Below, piece after piece: positions 8,551 through 18,160 of a stretch of 64,000 nt of DNA. The position numbers and the translations under genes are program-made. Source of the stretch: Dehalococcoidia bacterium (GTDB taxonomy: Bacteria; Chloroflexota; Dehalococcoidia; SM23-28-2; RBG-16-64-32); the NCBI GenBank assembly GCA_963665775.2, contig CAXXTF010000002.1, forward strand, positions 224,001-288,000, in the 5' to 3' direction. A model generated the notes under the pieces. That model was given only the letters and a program-made list of their open reading frames with translations. It had not been told where the DNA came from and made no database searches. Position 1 is the first letter of the stretch. Each line of letters opens with the position of its first letter.

Positions 8551-10964
8551 CAGAGCACGTCCTCGGTTTGAATGGGCGGTCTCGACTTCTCTTCCAGTTC
8601 ATGGGCGGCTTTGCTGAGACGGTCCCGGTCTGCGCGGCCGACAAACGTTTGCCAGGCCGCTCGTCCCGCAATAACAGTCTCTCCTGGCCCAATCGGGAGC
8701 GCCGGAAATTCCAGTTCCTCCGCCAGCGCGAACGCGTAGGTCTGTAATGGTTGTTTGTCTGTGTCGGGGTGATCCTTGATGCGGTTCAACCGTTCAACCG
8801 CGTCCGCCTCAGCTCCGGTTTCTATATCTATATCCAGAGTGAGGGGCGGTTGAATGCCCGGTTGAATGGGGGTTTCAACCGCGCTTTCAACCGGCTCCTC
8901 GGATTCGGGATGTACCTGTTGATCACCATCCGGTTGAACGGTTGAACGGGAATCCTGCTGGTCGGAGCACACGAGCTCCTCAAGCCTTTCGGGGGTAGGC
9001 AGTGCCGGATGATCGTCCGGTGGAGGTTCGCCCGGTACGAGCCTTGCCGGCTGCCCCTTCTTTGTCTCGAGGTTAACAATATGGCCAAGGGAGATCGCGC
9101 GTTTCACTCGATACCACGAGGTATCCCGGGCCAGCCCAAGCTTCTCGCCGACCGCCTTGATAGTGAGGGGGTGCTGCCCGTCGTAGAGTTCGTGTACGGC
9201 GGCGATGGTCTCCCGAACCTGCTCTGTGAGTCCGCCGCTGGCCGATGCGGAGAAGGTATCGAGCAGAATCTGGCGGGCCACACGGTAGTCGTCGATCTCG
9301 GCGATGATCCTTCCGATGGAGTCACGTTGTCGCTGTATCTGATACAGCAGCGCAACGGTCTGGATTACCGTAAGGAGCTGGCGGAAGTCCCTCCGCATCC
9401 GCACTAATCGGTCGGGCACCGCATTAGCGAGGGCGTGCGCGAATGGAATCGTGACCGTACGGTCGCCGGCGATTTCAAGCCAGCGCTGCAGGTCGATGAA
9501 GGGCGTAAGGTCGTATGCAGGATCGACTCCGTTGACGCTCGCCGCGTGAGATAGGAGGACGGCTCGTGTCTGTCCGGGAGTATCGTCGACAGTCACTGCG
9601 AGGAGGCGGGTGCCCATCTGCTCCCCCAGCCGCCTGGTCGATGTCGTAATCAGCCCGGTGGGGCCGGGCTTTTCGATCCTGCGGGTCTTGAATTGGCCTG
9701 TGGCTGGGTCCTTCTCTACGACGTCGTAGCACATGACGAAATCGGAGGCGATCGAGCGGACGGCGGAAGCGGCCGGCCCGTCTTCCGGGATGGAATCGGC
9801 CTCGCACACGACCACTATCCGATGGGCGAAATCGGCGTCAGCGTAGACAAGGGCTCTGGCGCTGCCCGCCTTCTCCAGGTGATAGGCTTCAGCGGGCATG
9901 AGCTCCAGGGCGGCGTCGACGGCTCGGTTCTTGCCGGCGCTCGAAGGGGCGATGAAGGCGAGGTTTAGTGGCCGCTCCAGGAGGCGTGAAGTGAGGGAAA
10001 TGTAGGCCAGTAGTGGGGGCGTCAGATTGCCCGCGTAGCCACTTGAACTAACGGCCTCTCCAATCTTGTCGAGGAGATCAAGGGCCTGCAAGAGTTCGCG
10101 CACATGTGAGTAGAGCCTTCTAGCCTCGTCGCTCAGCGCGTCGGCCCGGATTTCAGATGCGGGCCTAGCTGAGGCCATCAACATCTCCAATCGAGCCCGA
10201 AACCGCACTGGGTCTCGCTCAACTGCTAGCCACAGGGCGTTCGGGTCTTTTGCCTCTGCCGGGGCCTCGATCATCCGGACATCGGGAAGGTCGGCGGCTA
10301 CCCCGGAAACGAGGCTGTCGCCGCCGCGATCCGGCTCGTGCCAGACGTAGACCTCGTCGATTCCCGCCGCATGGGCTCTCCAAGCCTCCTTCCAGGTACT
10401 CGCCCCGGGAATGCCGAGGGCGGCCAGGCCAGCATTCCAGAGCGTCCAGGAGTCGGATTCCCCCTCCACGAGGATGAGCTTTCCCTCGGATCGTGCCTTG
10501 TCGAGCCGCCAGAGGCCGTAGGGAACGGCCTTGTCGCCCCGCCGCCACGCGAACCGAGGCTCACTAGCAAGACTGAGCCTCTTCCGGAGCGATATGATCT
10601 CTCCGTTTCCGTCCAGGTAGGGCACGTCGACACATTTTGTCCTTCCAGAGCCGAAGATTCCCTCCGCGACGCCGAGTGATCTCAGGAATTCGACCGAGAG
10701 ACCCTTTGCCTCAGCGAGTTCGGACAGGGACAAGCCGGTTGGCCCACGATCAGGTAGCGGGATACCGAGGCGCTGGGCGAGGTCCAACGCGCCGCCACCC
10801 ATACCGCAGACATCGCAGTGCCAAACGGCCTTCGCTTTGTTCCAGCGGGCTGATGGGTGCTGATCGTCGTGCGCTGGGCAGAGGAACCGGATTTCTCCCC
10901 GTTCGGGCTTTCCCTGGCGGGCCATCACAGCTGCCTCGATTTGGGCTAGGAGGTCAGGATCCAC
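8550..10964 (-). CDS. Zn-finger/Toprim primase fused to P-loop ATPase, element A replication protein
   Basis: CPAHDD..CDVC zinc finger, VEGESD and EPDRGG Toprim motifs, APSSAGKN Walker A. Confidence 0.85.
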   Translation of the reverse strand: MDPDLLAQIEAAVMARQGKPERGEIRFLCPAHDDQHPSARWNKAKAVWHCDVCGMGGGALDLAQRLGIPLPDRGPTGLSLSELAEAKGLSVEFLRSLGVAEGIFGSGRTKCVDVPYLDGNGEIISLRKRLSLASEPRFAWRRGDKAVPYGLWRLDKARSEGKLILVEGESDSWTLWNAGLAALGIPGASTWKEAWRAHAAGIDEVYVWHEPDRGGDSLVSGVAADLPDVRMIEAPAEAKDPNALWLAVERDPVRFRARLEMLMASARPASEIRADALSDEARRLYSHVRELLQALDLLDKIGEAVSSSGYAGNLTPPLLAYISLTSRLLERPLNLAFIAPSSAGKNRAVDAALELMPAEAYHLEKAGSARALVYADADFAHRIVVVCEADSIPEDGPAASAVRSIASDFVMCYDVVEKDPATGQFKTRRIEKPGPTGLITTSTRRLGEQMGTRLLAVTVDDTPGQTRAVLLSHAASVNGVDPAYDLTPFIDLQRWLEIAGDRTVTIPFAHALANAVPDRLVRMRRDFRQLLTVIQTVALLYQIQRQRDSIGRIIAEIDDYRVARQILLDTFSASASGGLTEQVRETIAAVHELYDGQHPLTIKAVGEKLGLARDTSWYRVKRAISLGHIVNLETKKGQPARLVPGEPPPDDHPALPTPERLEELVCSDQQDSRSTVQPDGDQQVHPESEEPVESAVETPIQPGIQPPLTLDIDIETGAEADAVERLNRIKDHPDTDKQPLQTYAFALAEELEFPALPIGPGETVIAGRAAWQTFVGRADRDRLSKAAHELEEKSRPPIQTEDVL

Positions 10965-11238
10965 GGGGTCCCTCCACCAGATCGATGTCTATTCCCACAA
11001 CCTCGTCGGTTCGCTCGCCCACATTGGCCCTTGGCCACCGCTCCCACCAGTTGGTGATCGTATCGGAATCTTTCGAAGCGTACTTTAGGCCATGTGCGGT
11101 GAGGGGATGCTTGCCTGACAAAGGGCAGATCTCACCTTTTGGGCATTGGCAGACTCCAACATCGTCAGTCCACCAGATCGGCAGGAGGCACGCGCCCTCG
11201 CGGGCGCGTGCCAGGGCGGCCTGCTGCAGAGGGTTCAC
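10954..11238 (-). pseudogene. N-terminal fragment of bifunctional primase/polymerase (Prim-Pol)
   Basis: GKHP..HG..AS.D...I..WW..WP.ANVG...GIDID; ends just after DxD. Confidence 0.7.
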
Positions 11239-11459
11239 TACCGGTTAAGCCTCCGAAATGGCGGCCCGTCGTCCACTCCACCCGGGTGATGGCGCTTTCT
11301 TGCGCGATACCGGCGATCGCGCTCGAGCCTTCGGGTGCGACGTTCCTGTTCTTTCTCAAGTTTTCGCTGTGCCTGAGCTTCCCTCATGGCCGTGACATCG
11401 GCCTCAAGTCCTGGTAGGGGCGGGTTAACCATGTCGACCAGATCAATCTTGCTTCTCAT
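11238..11459 (-). CDS. Small basic hypothetical protein
   Basis: GGAGG RBS; overlaps both neighbours. Confidence 0.5.
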   Translation of the reverse strand: MRSKIDLVDMVNPPLPGLEADVTAMREAQAQRKLEKEQERRTRRLERDRRYRARKRHHPGGVDDGPPFRRLNR

Positions 11460-11575
11460 GGAACACCTCCAAGCCCACTCGTGCCGGCTACATTCGACCG
11501 ACGGTCGCCAGTCGTTAAGTCGGGCGCTATCATGTCAGGCAGGATGGCAGCCACTGCGCGAATCTCTGGTATCAC
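11456..11575 (-). CDS. 39-aa ORF coupled to the recombinase stop (possible primase N-terminal relic)
   Basis: GTGA overlap with recombinase stop, ATGA overlap with next ORF; ILPDMIAPDL resembles ILPDIIPPEL of the element B primase. Confidence 0.4.
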   Translation of the reverse strand: MIPEIRAVAAILPDMIAPDLTTGDRRSNVAGTSGLGGVP

Positions 11576-13188
11576 AGCTGTAAGACCCTTCGCGCCACTG
11601 TGTAGTTCTGACCTTCACGGGTGCCCCTGCAAGTCGAGACTACGGAGGGGAATCGGTATTCAACGACCGCGCTGGCGTGCTTGCGGCCGTCGCGCAGTTC
11701 CGTCTGCACCGTGATGCGTCTAACGAGCAGACGCACGATTTCTTGACGCTCCTCATCGCGGAGCCCTCCATCCAGGCGGCGGGTTATTTCGGCCAGGAGG
11801 TCGGGCGTCACCTCCAGCGCCTCCTCCGGATCTTCCTCGGGGCCCAAAGCAACAAGCCGCCGCTCTATCTCCGTCCGCTTGGAGGCGATCTCGCCCAAAC
11901 AGGTTTCCAGTTCTTCTGGGGTGAGATGCCCCCGAATGCGGAGGTCAAGGGCCCTCTTACGCTGCTGGTCGAGGTCGCGAATTGCAGCGGTAAGCGTGAT
12001 GGACTCCGCCTCAGCAACGGCTGCCTGGCCGCCGCCGCAGGATTCGATCGCCAGCTCGTCGAGCAGCTCGCCTGGGCTTCGGAGAAAGCGTTCGATGTCG
12101 GACCAGATGAGGGGCTCGATGGTATCGCCTCTGACCGACTTCCCATTGCAACGTCCCTCTATGGGGCCGCGCTCGACTAGCTGGCCGTTGCAGCGATACC
12201 AGGCGGCGCCGTTGCTCGTGCTGCCACAGTAGTTCAGGCCACAGATCCCGCAGCGGATTACGGAACGCAGTAGATAGGTTCGCTTGCTGTTCTTGGGGAT
12301 GATTCGATTGCGGGCCAGGGTTTCCTGGGCGGCGTACCAGACATCATCCGACACCAGGGGCTCGACAGGGGCAGAGATGACTTCCCGCCCGCCTACCCGG
12401 CTGCTACGCCGCCCAAATTGCAGCACGCCGCGAAACACAGGATTGACCACCAGGTTGCGAATGCGACCTGGTCGCCATATTCCTTGCGTTCGTTGGTCAC
12501 GGATGCCCCGGCCGTCTCGCTCGTATACTGTGGGAACACAGAGGAGGTTCAATTCATTCGCAATCCAGCGGCAGCTCTTACCTTCTACGCCCAACCAGTG
12601 GTAGATCCGGCGAACCAGGTGGGCGGCACTCCAGTCGCCCCAGATGAGGGTCTCGTCTGGCATGAGTCGGGCGGTCTGACGTCGTCCTTCCACTCGGTAA
12701 CCTAGGGGCACGATACCGCCGGTGTAGCGGCCTTCCCGTGCGGCGCGGTCCATGCCCCGAGCTGAGTCCGCTAGGAACTGGCGTCGCGCATAGCCAGCCA
12801 TGATGGACTGGAATCCAAAGATCGTCCGGTCGCCCAGCGATTCAGCGACCCCGATCAGCTCAATGCCCAGCAGGTCAACGAAGAGGTTGTAGGTGGTCAG
12901 GAGGTCGACCTCCTCACGGCCGAGCCGGCTCGCCCGCAGCACGATTATCTTGAGGAACTTCCCGGCTTTCGCGTCGGCGATCAACTGGCCGCCGGCGGGG
13001 CGTAATGCCATGGGTATCGTTCCGGAGAGGCCGTCGTCATCGTAGTAGCGGTAAAGGCGGTAATGGGGGTTCTGAGCGAGGAAGCGATCGATGGCCTCCC
13101 GCTGCGTCTTGATGGTCTCGCGGTCGCGCTGGTCATCGCTTGAAACCCGGAGATACGCCGCCACGGGGATGGCTTCTTGGTCTGTCAT
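11572..13188 (-). CDS. Large serine recombinase (integrase); 3' end spans the att site
   Basis: YLRVSS catalytic Ser, DDGLSG, SRLGR, recombinase domain, CGICG Zn ribbon, coiled coil. Confidence 0.95.
   Translation of the reverse strand: MTDQEAIPVAAYLRVSSDDQRDRETIKTQREAIDRFLAQNPHYRLYRYYDDDGLSGTIPMALRPAGGQLIADAKAGKFLKIIVLRASRLGREEVDLLTTYNLFVDLLGIELIGVAESLGDRTIFGFQSIMAGYARRQFLADSARGMDRAAREGRYTGGIVPLGYRVEGRRQTARLMPDETLIWGDWSAAHLVRRIYHWLGVEGKSCRWIANELNLLCVPTVYERDGRGIRDQRTQGIWRPGRIRNLVVNPVFRGVLQFGRRSSRVGGREVISAPVEPLVSDDVWYAAQETLARNRIIPKNSKRTYLLRSVIRCGICGLNYCGSTSNGAAWYRCNGQLVERGPIEGRCNGKSVRGDTIEPLIWSDIERFLRSPGELLDELAIESCGGGQAAVAEAESITLTAAIRDLDQQRKRALDLRIRGHLTPEELETCLGEIASKRTEIERRLVALGPEEDPEEALEVTPDLLAEITRRLDGGLRDEERQEIVRLLVRRITVQTELRDGRKHASAVVEYRFPSVVSTCRGTREGQNYTVARRVLQL
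11602..11643. other. attP-like junction between tandem elements A and B
   Basis: 20-bp arms match 14/20 as an inverted repeat around central TG (11622-11623); 11597-11630 identical to 38852-38885. Confidence 0.85.
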
Positions 13189-13190
13189 CG

Positions 13191-13346
13191 CTAAGCCTCC
13201 TGCCCGAACGGTGGCCGCTTTGGGAGCCCGAGGACTACACGCAAGGCCGCCAGCATGGCCCGTTCGTCAGGGTCGTAGTAACGCTCTAGTAGGGGGGCTG
13301 AATCAAGGCGTCCAGGCCTCGATTCCCTCCAATCGTTTTGCGACAA
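13191..13346 (-). CDS. 51-aa ORF directly upstream of the integrase (candidate accessory factor/RDF)
   Basis: TTG start after GGAAGGGGG; ends 2 nt before integrase ATG; ...ERYYDPDERAMLAALRVVLGLPKRPPFGQEA. Confidence 0.4.
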   Translation of the reverse strand: MSQNDWRESRPGRLDSAPLLERYYDPDERAMLAALRVVLGLPKRPPFGQEA

Positions 13347-13468
13347 GCGAAACCCCCTTCCGAGGCCGGGCCTGCCAGCGAGGCCACCAGAAGGGAGTCA
13401 GAGGAATATTCTTCTTCTGCTTGCCCTGGTTAGCAGGCCCAGACGTTTAGGTCTTCACCTGCCTTGGC

Positions 13469-13505
13469 GTGACTAACATCGTCACAATGTGACGCGGCAC
13501 GTCAC
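13469..13505. promoter_or_regulatory. Two tandem GTGAC-N7-GTCAC palindromes (operator-like)
   Basis: 13469-13485 and 13489-13505, 20-bp period, upstream of the integrase operon. Confidence 0.5.
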
Positions 13506-14743
13506 GAAGAGACGCGACCCAGATCAATGCTCCAGAAGACGGGCTCGTGGGGGTGGTAACTGAAATCGGAGCCGCGGACGATGGAGTTTCTCAGATATTG
13601 GGCCATGCGAGGAAGAACCTCTTCAATGGCTTGATATACCCGCTGAAGGGCGTGCCAGACACTGCTGCGGGCGCGCTCCGATTGAGCTACCACTTTCCGA
13701 GGCTTGCCTCGAATGCCAAGAGCTCCCGCCAAATGATCGCGAATCGTCTGCAATTCGTGTTCTTCTGCATCAGAGAGGCCGAGGCTGCCCTTCTTAGCAT
13801 CAAGTTCCTCGATTCGCCGCTGGTATTGCTGGCGCGCCTCTCTATCTACCAGGTCTTCATTGTCGTACCCGGTCGACGACGCCAGGGCAGCTAGATCCTC
13901 GTTGCCGGTGCGGGTAGTGGGTAGGTGCCCTTCAGCCAAGGCGACGAGTTCCATGGCTCGAAATGTCCGTCCGGGATGCTGCAAAAGGTGCGCTAGATAG
14001 AGCATCCTGACTCGATGGGGAATGGTCTCAAGCTGGTTGTCATAGACGAGTTCCCACAGTTTGCCCCGCCTGCGTAGTGAATACGGAGTATTGATGGCCT
14101 GCCCGGGGCCACCTAGGGCAAGACCTGAGAAGTCGAAGTGAAGTTCGGTCCCCTCCAGGCGCATGGCATGGCCGAGCGGCAGCCAGTTGCCGGGCGGACT
14201 CCAACTTGGGCTCTCCTGACTAAGGACAAAGAGTACGGCTGTTGGCTCGCGGGGAAGGTTCCTGTCGAAGACTGAGATTGCGTCCGGCCAGCACGCCCCT
14301 CGGAGGAGATACGCGGGCCGTGGCCCGGTCGGCGGTGAGGCAAGGCCCAGGCTCCAAGAGCGGCCACGGATTACTTCGGCTGGAGTGGCCTCGGTTTGAA
14401 GCGCGACTCCCAATTTCTTCGCGATAGTGCCGGGATCGACGCGCCACTGCCACAGACTGCTGGGCTCCAAGAAGACACGACCGTTGTTTGGGCAGGGGAT
14501 GAATGGCCGCGGCGGTAATCCTCCTGATTCGAGGAACAATACCCGCTCTGAATGCGGTTCATCACACTCCTCGCATGATACGCGATCCAGCGCTGATGAC
14601 CGCAGCAGGAACCCCGCTTCCTCCAGACTATCCACGGCTCCAGCAGGCCAGAGACTGGCTTCGTTCGCCAGCACTACCCTGGGCGCGTCCCCCGCCAGGT
14701 CAGCGCGGCGAAGCAGGTCGTTAACGATATCGATGAGCGTCAC
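13502..14743 (-). CDS. Hypothetical protein with CxxC and a possible C-terminal regulator-like domain
   Basis: 413-aa ORF; CEEC..CP; YLAHLLQHPG...ERARSSV pattern recalled from regulator C-termini. Confidence 0.7.
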   Translation of the reverse strand: MTLIDIVNDLLRRADLAGDAPRVVLANEASLWPAGAVDSLEEAGFLLRSSALDRVSCEECDEPHSERVLFLESGGLPPRPFIPCPNNGRVFLEPSSLWQWRVDPGTIAKKLGVALQTEATPAEVIRGRSWSLGLASPPTGPRPAYLLRGACWPDAISVFDRNLPREPTAVLFVLSQESPSWSPPGNWLPLGHAMRLEGTELHFDFSGLALGGPGQAINTPYSLRRRGKLWELVYDNQLETIPHRVRMLYLAHLLQHPGRTFRAMELVALAEGHLPTTRTGNEDLAALASSTGYDNEDLVDREARQQYQRRIEELDAKKGSLGLSDAEEHELQTIRDHLAGALGIRGKPRKVVAQSERARSSVWHALQRVYQAIEEVLPRMAQYLRNSIVRGSDFSYHPHEPVFWSIDLGRVSS

Positions 14744-15945
14744 GCGAGGACGAGGTCGGGCACCTGTTCAAGGCCCGAATCAACCAGCACTTTGCGAATC
14801 ACGCCGTCCATGCCCTCCTGATCCAAGAGGCAACCATTGCGGGTCAGAGTGAAAGTCCGCGTCCTGCCTCGACGTCGCTTGCCCAAGGGGCGGAAAAAGG
14901 CTTGGAGCTTGGCCTTGTCAACGTCCATCAGGGCTAGAGGGTATCGGTCGGTTTGGGGGCCGGGACTGGTCGCGAAGTACTTGTCGGCTGCGAAGATGAC
15001 CCCAAGCCCGGCAGGGCCACCGACCTGCAGGATTAGTTGTCGACCTCCGTCCCGGTCGCGTAGATGTATCCACTTCACTTCGATGCTCTCGAGGCCAGTG
15101 GATGCGTCGATAACGAACGAGAAGCCCGCTTCCTTCAAGAGATCGAGGCGATAGGCCCTTTCGGCGCCTGGGTCGGCCCCGAGGTCGATACCCAGAATCG
15201 TTCTGGCGAATATCTCTTGCAGGTCCCGGACCTTGTCCTTCGCACCCTGGCAAAACGTTTCGAGCATGTGGCGGTCAGGCGAATAGAAGAACAGGAGATC
15301 CGTCGCGGGTCGGTACTTGCGGCGCACTAGCTTCTCTTCCTCGTACTCAAGCATCGTCTGCCCATAGTCTTCGGGGTACGCGATGTATAGATACCCGGTG
15401 GATCGTTGCAGCCATTCCACATGGCAGTGTTGACCGCGACCCTCCCGCTGAAGTAAATACCCCGTTAGCTGTGCCGACAGGCGCTTCCACCCGGCTTCAC
15501 TCGTATCGGGCTCAGCTTCCGGTATGCCGCGTCTGCGACGCCAATACCGTGCGTTTAGGGTGTCGGCACCTCGAAAGCGGAGGATGTCGGCAAAGAGATC
15601 CTCACGGTTTACAAGGGCCCATATGGCAACGTCGTAGGCACCATCCAGATCAGTAAGCACTCGCGTAAGGTCTTCACCCTGGAAGCGCGCCTCCTCGTAG
15701 AGAAGCCGCATCCCTTCAACGTCCGCAAGTTCGTATACATCTTGGAGGTCTTGGTCTAGGTCTGTCTGCTGGGCGGATGGAAGTCGTTGAAGCGCATCGC
15801 AAAGGGCTTCGACATCCGCATCTTCTTGGTGGAGACAGGGGACGTCTAACAGGGGTCGACGTGCTCCGAAGTACTCGCGCACGAGCGCCCAGGAGATATG
15901 GTGGAGGACCCCTTTTCTAGAGAATGCGTAGCGGCGCTTCGACAT
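14740..15945 (-). CDS. Hypothetical protein
   Basis: 401-aa ORF with 4-bp overlap to the next gene. Confidence 0.75.
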   Translation of the reverse strand: MSKRRYAFSRKGVLHHISWALVREYFGARRPLLDVPCLHQEDADVEALCDALQRLPSAQQTDLDQDLQDVYELADVEGMRLLYEEARFQGEDLTRVLTDLDGAYDVAIWALVNREDLFADILRFRGADTLNARYWRRRRGIPEAEPDTSEAGWKRLSAQLTGYLLQREGRGQHCHVEWLQRSTGYLYIAYPEDYGQTMLEYEEEKLVRRKYRPATDLLFFYSPDRHMLETFCQGAKDKVRDLQEIFARTILGIDLGADPGAERAYRLDLLKEAGFSFVIDASTGLESIEVKWIHLRDRDGGRQLILQVGGPAGLGVIFAADKYFATSPGPQTDRYPLALMDVDKAKLQAFFRPLGKRRRGRTRTFTLTRNGCLLDQEGMDGVIRKVLVDSGLEQVPDLVLA

Positions 15946-16059
15946 GGGTCCGGTGCTCTCGTGGTACGGCTAGCTTACCAATGTTGGCTCTATTCTAACC
16001 CATCTTGGACAGGGCGTGTAGGCACTTTAGCTAAAATGCCATAGGGCAGCGCCCATGAG

Positions 16060-16998
16060 TTAGAGGCCTATTGCCGCCGCCACCTTATCCCAGCCTCGAT
16101 CCTCCTGTCCCTCTAGCCGTCGCAAGTAAACCGTCGTCACTGCGAGCGAGCTGTGATCCAGGAATTGGCTGACGTCCTCCACAGATTCACCGGCGTCTCG
16201 TCGCAGCTTGGCAGCCGAGTGACGGAGGATGTGAACACCAGCGGGCGGGAGGTCGGCCTTCCGGAGATAGTACCGTAGGTTCCCATAGAAGGTTCCGCTG
16301 GTCAGGTCGTGGCCTCCTCTAGAGTGCTGCGAGGGCCACAGCGACTCCTCCGGACTCATCGTGTATAGATTCTTGCCCCAGGCTGCGAGGGATCGCTCGA
16401 TTGCCTCGAATGCTGGTCGTGGAAGTTCTCTCTTCCCCTGTTTGCCACCCTTGCCTCGGTAGGTGTAGAACAAGCCGCCTGTCTGCAAGATGTCCCCTGC
16501 CTTGAGGTTCAGCACCTCGGAGCGGCGGCGACCAGTCAGCGTCAGGGTCAGGATGATTGCCCGGTCGCGGAGGACAGCTGGGGAGTCCGGAATTACCTCC
16601 AGCAGGCGGCGTATCTCCTCGGCGCTCAGTCCTCTCGGAGGGCTGGGTGAGGTTCTTGGCCGCTCGATCTCGTCGCACGGGTTCGAGGATACGATCTTCA
16701 TGCGGATGAGGAAGCGGTAGAACGAGCTCACGCAGGCAAGCCGGGCACCCACTGTGATCGACGAGGGCTTCTTACCGGAAGGACCGATGCCGTGTGCGAA
16801 GCCGAACACCTCCTGGCTCGTGATCTCGTTTGGAGGCTTGCCCATCGAGCCAAAGAAGTGCTGCAGCATTCTGGAGTAGCTCTCTACCGTGCGACTGGAG
16901 CCACTGCGGCGTTCCTTCTCGGCGAGGAAGGCATAGAAGGCCTGCTGCCAGCCCGGCGTCCGCTCGTCGAAGAGTACAATATCGTCAGTCATGCTCAC
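16060..16998 (-). CDS. Tyrosine recombinase (Xer-like, SAM-like N-terminus plus catalytic domain)
   Basis: RDRAI..TGRRRSE (R), GKGGK (K), HILRH, LDHSS, TTVY (Y). Confidence 0.95.
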   Translation of the reverse strand: MSMTDDIVLFDERTPGWQQAFYAFLAEKERRSGSSRTVESYSRMLQHFFGSMGKPPNEITSQEVFGFAHGIGPSGKKPSSITVGARLACVSSFYRFLIRMKIVSSNPCDEIERPRTSPSPPRGLSAEEIRRLLEVIPDSPAVLRDRAIILTLTLTGRRRSEVLNLKAGDILQTGGLFYTYRGKGGKQGKRELPRPAFEAIERSLAAWGKNLYTMSPEESLWPSQHSRGGHDLTSGTFYGNLRYYLRKADLPPAGVHILRHSAAKLRRDAGESVEDVSQFLDHSSLAVTTVYLRRLEGQEDRGWDKVAAAIGL

Positions 16999-17037
16999 CT
17001 CTTGTTCTCAAGTCAGTAAGCATGTTCGCTCTGACGC

Positions 17038-17057
17038 ACACGAAGTCAAGTTAGTGT
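17038..17057. repeat. 7-6-7 site (ACACGAA-gtcaag-TTAGTGT) overlapping the recombinase -35 box
   Basis: 9-bp arms with 1 mismatch; TTGACT on the minus strand at 17044-17049. Confidence 0.6.
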
Positions 17058-18156
17058 GCACTACTGGTGCGGGTCTGGTGATTTGCGGACGGTGATAGAA
17101 TGCCCCTGGAATGCGCACGGGATCGCTCACGAGGGGAGGACACTCACGAGACGGTTGAACGCCGGCGCTACCAAATGGATCGTCCTTCCTCTGATGCTTA
17201 TGATCGCCGTCGCGGCGGCATCGAGCGGTTGTGCTGGTGGCGGCGATGAGGGCGGCCCTGCAGGTGGGACCCCGACTCTAGCTCCCACAGACAGCCCAAC
17301 GCCCGAATCTACGCTAACGTCCACGCCGACAGCTGCACCGACGATCTCGCCTTTCTCTTCACCGACCGCGACTCTCCAGCCGACATCTACCGCAGTTCCG
17401 CCGCTCGGCTTCACCATCCATTTCATCGACGTCGGCCAGGGCGATGCGACTCTTATTGTCACCGACACCGGTGAGACTTTCTTGGTGGATGGTGGGCGCA
17501 GTAAGACTCGGATCAGGGACCGTCTCGACCGACTTGGAATTGACGAATTGGACGCGATCCTGGTTACCCACCAGGACATAGACCACTTTGCGGGTCTGAT
17601 GGCGGTTCTCGAGGACTATGACATTGAACGGATCTACTGGAACGGCGCGCCAGATGGCTCGACCTTCGACAGCTTCATGACTCTATCCTTGGACGAGGGC
17701 GCGGAGATTTCCGTGATCGGCCGGGGCGACGTGGTCAAGCTGGGAGGAATGGAGATTCAGGTGCTCCACCCAGGTGGGCTAACGGGCGACAAGAACATCG
17801 ACTCCATCGTCCTTCTTGTCCAATGCGGGACAGTTGAGTATCTGCTGATGGGCGATGCGGAGATGGAGTCCGAACAGTCCATGATCGCGGCGGGAATGCT
17901 AGAGGATGTCGAGGTGCTAAAGGTGGGGCACCATGGCTCACGAACCTCAACGTCTGAGGCATTCCTGGATGTTGTCAGCCCCGAATATGCCGTAATCAGC
18001 GCGGGACTAAACAGCCAGTACGGCCATCCCCATCAGGAGACACTGGATGTGCTGAACTCAGCTGGCGTTCAGATCTTCCTTACTGACACGACGGAGGACC
18101 CAGACGGTGTGACGCTGACAACGGACTGCAGCGAGGTCTTGGTCGTTGAACCGTGA
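17056..18156 (+). CDS. ComEC/Rec2-like metallo-beta-lactamase-fold lipoprotein (start uncertain)
   Basis: FIDVGQGD, THQDIDH, KVGHHGS and YGHP motifs; P/T linker. Confidence 0.88.
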   Translation: MHYWCGSGDLRTVIECPWNAHGIAHEGRTLTRRLNAGATKWIVLPLMLMIAVAAASSGCAGGGDEGGPAGGTPTLAPTDSPTPESTLTSTPTAAPTISPFSSPTATLQPTSTAVPPLGFTIHFIDVGQGDATLIVTDTGETFLVDGGRSKTRIRDRLDRLGIDELDAILVTHQDIDHFAGLMAVLEDYDIERIYWNGAPDGSTFDSFMTLSLDEGAEISVIGRGDVVKLGGMEIQVLHPGGLTGDKNIDSIVLLVQCGTVEYLLMGDAEMESEQSMIAAGMLEDVEVLKVGHHGSRTSTSEAFLDVVSPEYAVISAGLNSQYGHPHQETLDVLNSAGVQIFLTDTTEDPDGVTLTTDCSEVLVVEP

Positions 18157-18160
18157 ACCA

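Larger units (their letters stand above)
1..11623. mobile_element. Element A: right part of a related element in tandem with B; left end not in window
   Basis: Same core gene order and right-end sequence as B. Inclusion of the ABC operon is inferred from its flanking 7-6-7 sites. Confidence 0.75.

Noticed and set aside
13469-13505. CRP/FNR boxes
   Set aside because: Spacing is GTGA-N9-TCAC rather than N6.
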